Shown in pieces: positions 61,651 through 64,000 of a stretch of 64,000 bases of DNA; position 1 is the stretch's first letter; every line of letters starts with the position of its first letter. This DNA is from Raillietiella orientalis (taxonomy: Eukaryota): the NCBI GenBank assembly GCA_036172245.1, contig JAYWIR010000004.1, positions 434,001-498,000 on the forward strand, given 5' to 3'. A model generated the notes under the pieces. That model worked only from the letters and a program-made list of their open reading frames with translations, searched no databases and was not told the origin of the DNA. The position numbers and the translations under genes are program-made.

Positions 61651-64000
61651 TGGGTCCCCTTAGCAACGTGCTTCCTCCTGTATTCCCCCTGCTTCAACCT
61701 TGCCGGGCTTCCATTGGCCCTGTCGGGCTAGGAGGAAGTGAAAGCTTCTGCGCCCGGATGACTCTTTCGGTGGGAAGCGTTCCCCGACTGTCTTACCTCG
61801 ACCTTTGATCCCCGACCCTCGGGTGGAGCCCGCAAGTCGCTTGCGCGCTCCTGACTGCCTTGAATCGGGGGACTCAGGATGGTGTTTCCTCTGTGAGACC
61901 CTGGAGGGAGGACAGCTAGGGATCCCATTTGTGGGATGACGTCTGCCGGCGCTCCTTCCGCAGGAGCGGCGAAGGAGGGCGTGACGCGCAATAGGAGACT
62001 CTTCTGTCTGCTGGACAGACTCCCACCCAGAGGCTGATCCAGCTGGGAAGGGGGCGACAACGGGATCCAACCCTGCGAATGCTGACGTGGCTTCAGTTTC
62101 TCCTCTCTTTTTTTTCGCCTTGAGCGACGTGAAGTCTCCGGTGCCAGTCCTCCCGCGCTGGCTGCCTGGTTCAGCACCCGCGCTCCGGGCAAAGGGAGAT
62201 GCGGGGAGGCGGTTCTCTCCGTAAGCCGGTAGCACCTTCCGCCCTCTACGGAGGGTGGAGCGACCGCGGCGCGCCGCGAATTTCGGCGCGCCCTTCATCG
62301 GAAGCCGCCGAAGAGCGGCGATGCCGCGTGGCCTCCCACCGCAAACGACGGTTCTCCGCGTTGCTCTAAGCGGGAGCGCTCCAGGGAGGAAGCGCCAGAG
62401 GCGGGTTCCTCCGTAAAAGCGCCAAGGAGCTCCCCGCCAGCAGCAGCGCGACTCGTAAAGCGCGACCCCGCGGCCGAGGTCGCGTTGCAGCACGGAGGCA
62501 GTGCCGCCGCCGGGCGTGCCGCTAGTGGTGGTGGCGGGAAAGAAATTCCTGCAGCGTCTTCCCCCCCCCGCCTCTACCCGAGAAGGGCAGAAACGAGGTG
62601 GCTGTGCGCGGAATGCCCACCTGCGGATGGACCGGCGTCTGGGAGCCGCTCTCGCTCGGCCCCGCTGGGATGTTCCGCCTTCAGGGAGGAGGGTAAGGGA
62701 GTCATCGCGAGCGCGCGTCGAGGTCGGTGGGGGGTCGATCCTGATTTCCGGTTTCCACTGGTCCACACAGGAAGGAGGAAGAGGATCCACCCGCTCCAGA
62801 GCGGAGCAGCCGGCGTCTCCTTCCGCTCCACCCCCATTCTCTCTGCCCAGCGCGGGAGGGTCTGCGGACCTTTTCTCCCTCCCGCGAAGCGATCGAAGGG
62901 ACCTTGTGGAAATGTAGGAATCAAGGAGAGAGGACGTCGCCGTTGCCCCCCCCCCCCCAACAAACCGAAAGCGCCGTGCGCCCGATGCGTGACTTAGCAC
63001 TTCCGGTTCGCTCCCTTCGGAAGCGCGCGAAGGGAGCGGGGATCCTCTCGGTTTGGGAGGGGATCGTTCCCGCGGGAAGTGGAGGTTGCGGGATGCGAGA
63101 AGAAGCGGCAAGGCCTTACTTGAGCGAATGGGGAATGAGGGGTGTGGCGGCTGTGCTCTTCCCCCGCCCGGTGGTTTGTCGCCGTAGTCTGTCGGAGGAG
63201 ATGGAGGCGAAGAGCGTCTGGACCGTCTGAGCGATGGAGGTCTCATCTCGCTGTTCGCGTGATGCGCGCCCGCGAGACGGCACGCGACGGACGCCGGGAA
63301 CGGCGAATGCACCCGCCTTGCACGCAGCTCAGCTGCGGGAAGCTCCTCCCGTCCGCCGGCTCTGCCAGCGAGGGTCGTGCGGGGAACAGGAGATCGTCGG
63401 CGGGCACGGGTGGGTTCGGCGCTGGCGCCGGGCCCTTCTCTCCCCTCCCTTTTCCTTCCCTTCCCTTCCTCGGTCCTCCCCTCCCGGAGACCTCGAGGAG
63501 CTGCAGCGCCGAAAGAGGAAGCGACCCGCCCCGTCCTCCGAACGGAGTGTGTGCGCGCGCGCGCGCCTTGGCTCGGGGTGCGGCAGAGGGGGGCGCAGGA
63601 GGAGAGTGCTCGTTGCCGAGGGAACCTCACGTGATCCTTCGCTTCGTCAGGGAGATGGCGACAGCTTCTGCAAGGCGAGTCTCTCTGCTGGGAGGGGAGG
63701 GAAGGTGTAGGTGGGTCGGAAGACCATGCGGTCGCCGCTTCCCAGCGGCTTCCGAGGGCGGAGGGCATAAGGGGAAGGGGGAAGGGGTAGCGCTACTTTC
63801 CCACCCCCTACCAGGGCGCGCGTGCGGGAGCCGAACGCGTGTCTCGGCGCGGGCTGGCGCCGGCGATCCCAACTCCGCTGCCACCCATGGAGAAAGAAAC
63901 AAAGAAAGAAAAAAAAAAAAACAAGGGGAAGAGCAAGAAAACAAACACACAAAAACGAAAACGAAACTGAGGTGGCGGCACTATTCGGAGAATCTCTGCT

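Noticed and set aside
61660..63768. 702-aa minus-strand ORF
   Set aside because: Arg/Pro/Gly/Ser-rich with no recognisable domain. Long ORFs are expected by chance at this GC content, and overlapping ORFs occur in several frames.
1..64000. Prokaryotic systems (CRISPR array, retron or defence RT, operons), rRNA and tRNA genes
   Set aside because: The spliceosomal gene structure shows the DNA is eukaryotic. The RT motifs belong to LINE and Gypsy fossils, and no repeat-spacer array or structural RNA gene was seen.

Overview
Eukaryotic (animal, probably arthropod) genomic DNA; no prokaryotic, CRISPR, rRNA or tRNA features were seen. One intact gene is well supported: a 24-exon Mediator subunit 13 gene (MED13, Drosophila skuld orthologue) on +, CDS 21644-35638, about 2018 aa, with 18 of its 23 introns only 39-57 nt long. 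It sits in an AT-rich, CpG-poor block (about 18.9-35.95 kb) whose right edge lies just past the likely poly(A) signal. The GC- and CpG-rich flanks give many spurious ORFs but are mostly very old, point-mutated fossils: about six Tx1/L1-like LINEs, one Ty3/Gypsy element, and fragments of RNase H-bearing, RTE-like and other LINEs. There are also three decayed host-gene copies: a trypsin-like protease, a Rab-like GTPase, and a tandem two-kinase (JAK/hopscotch-like) relic head-to-head with MED13 that keeps a run of 42-52 nt GT-AG candidate introns. All fossil calls come from by-eye motif recognition in degenerate sequence, have approximate boundaries, and need frameshift-aware HMM or tBLASTn confirmation. 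I found no convincing novel protein-coding system.
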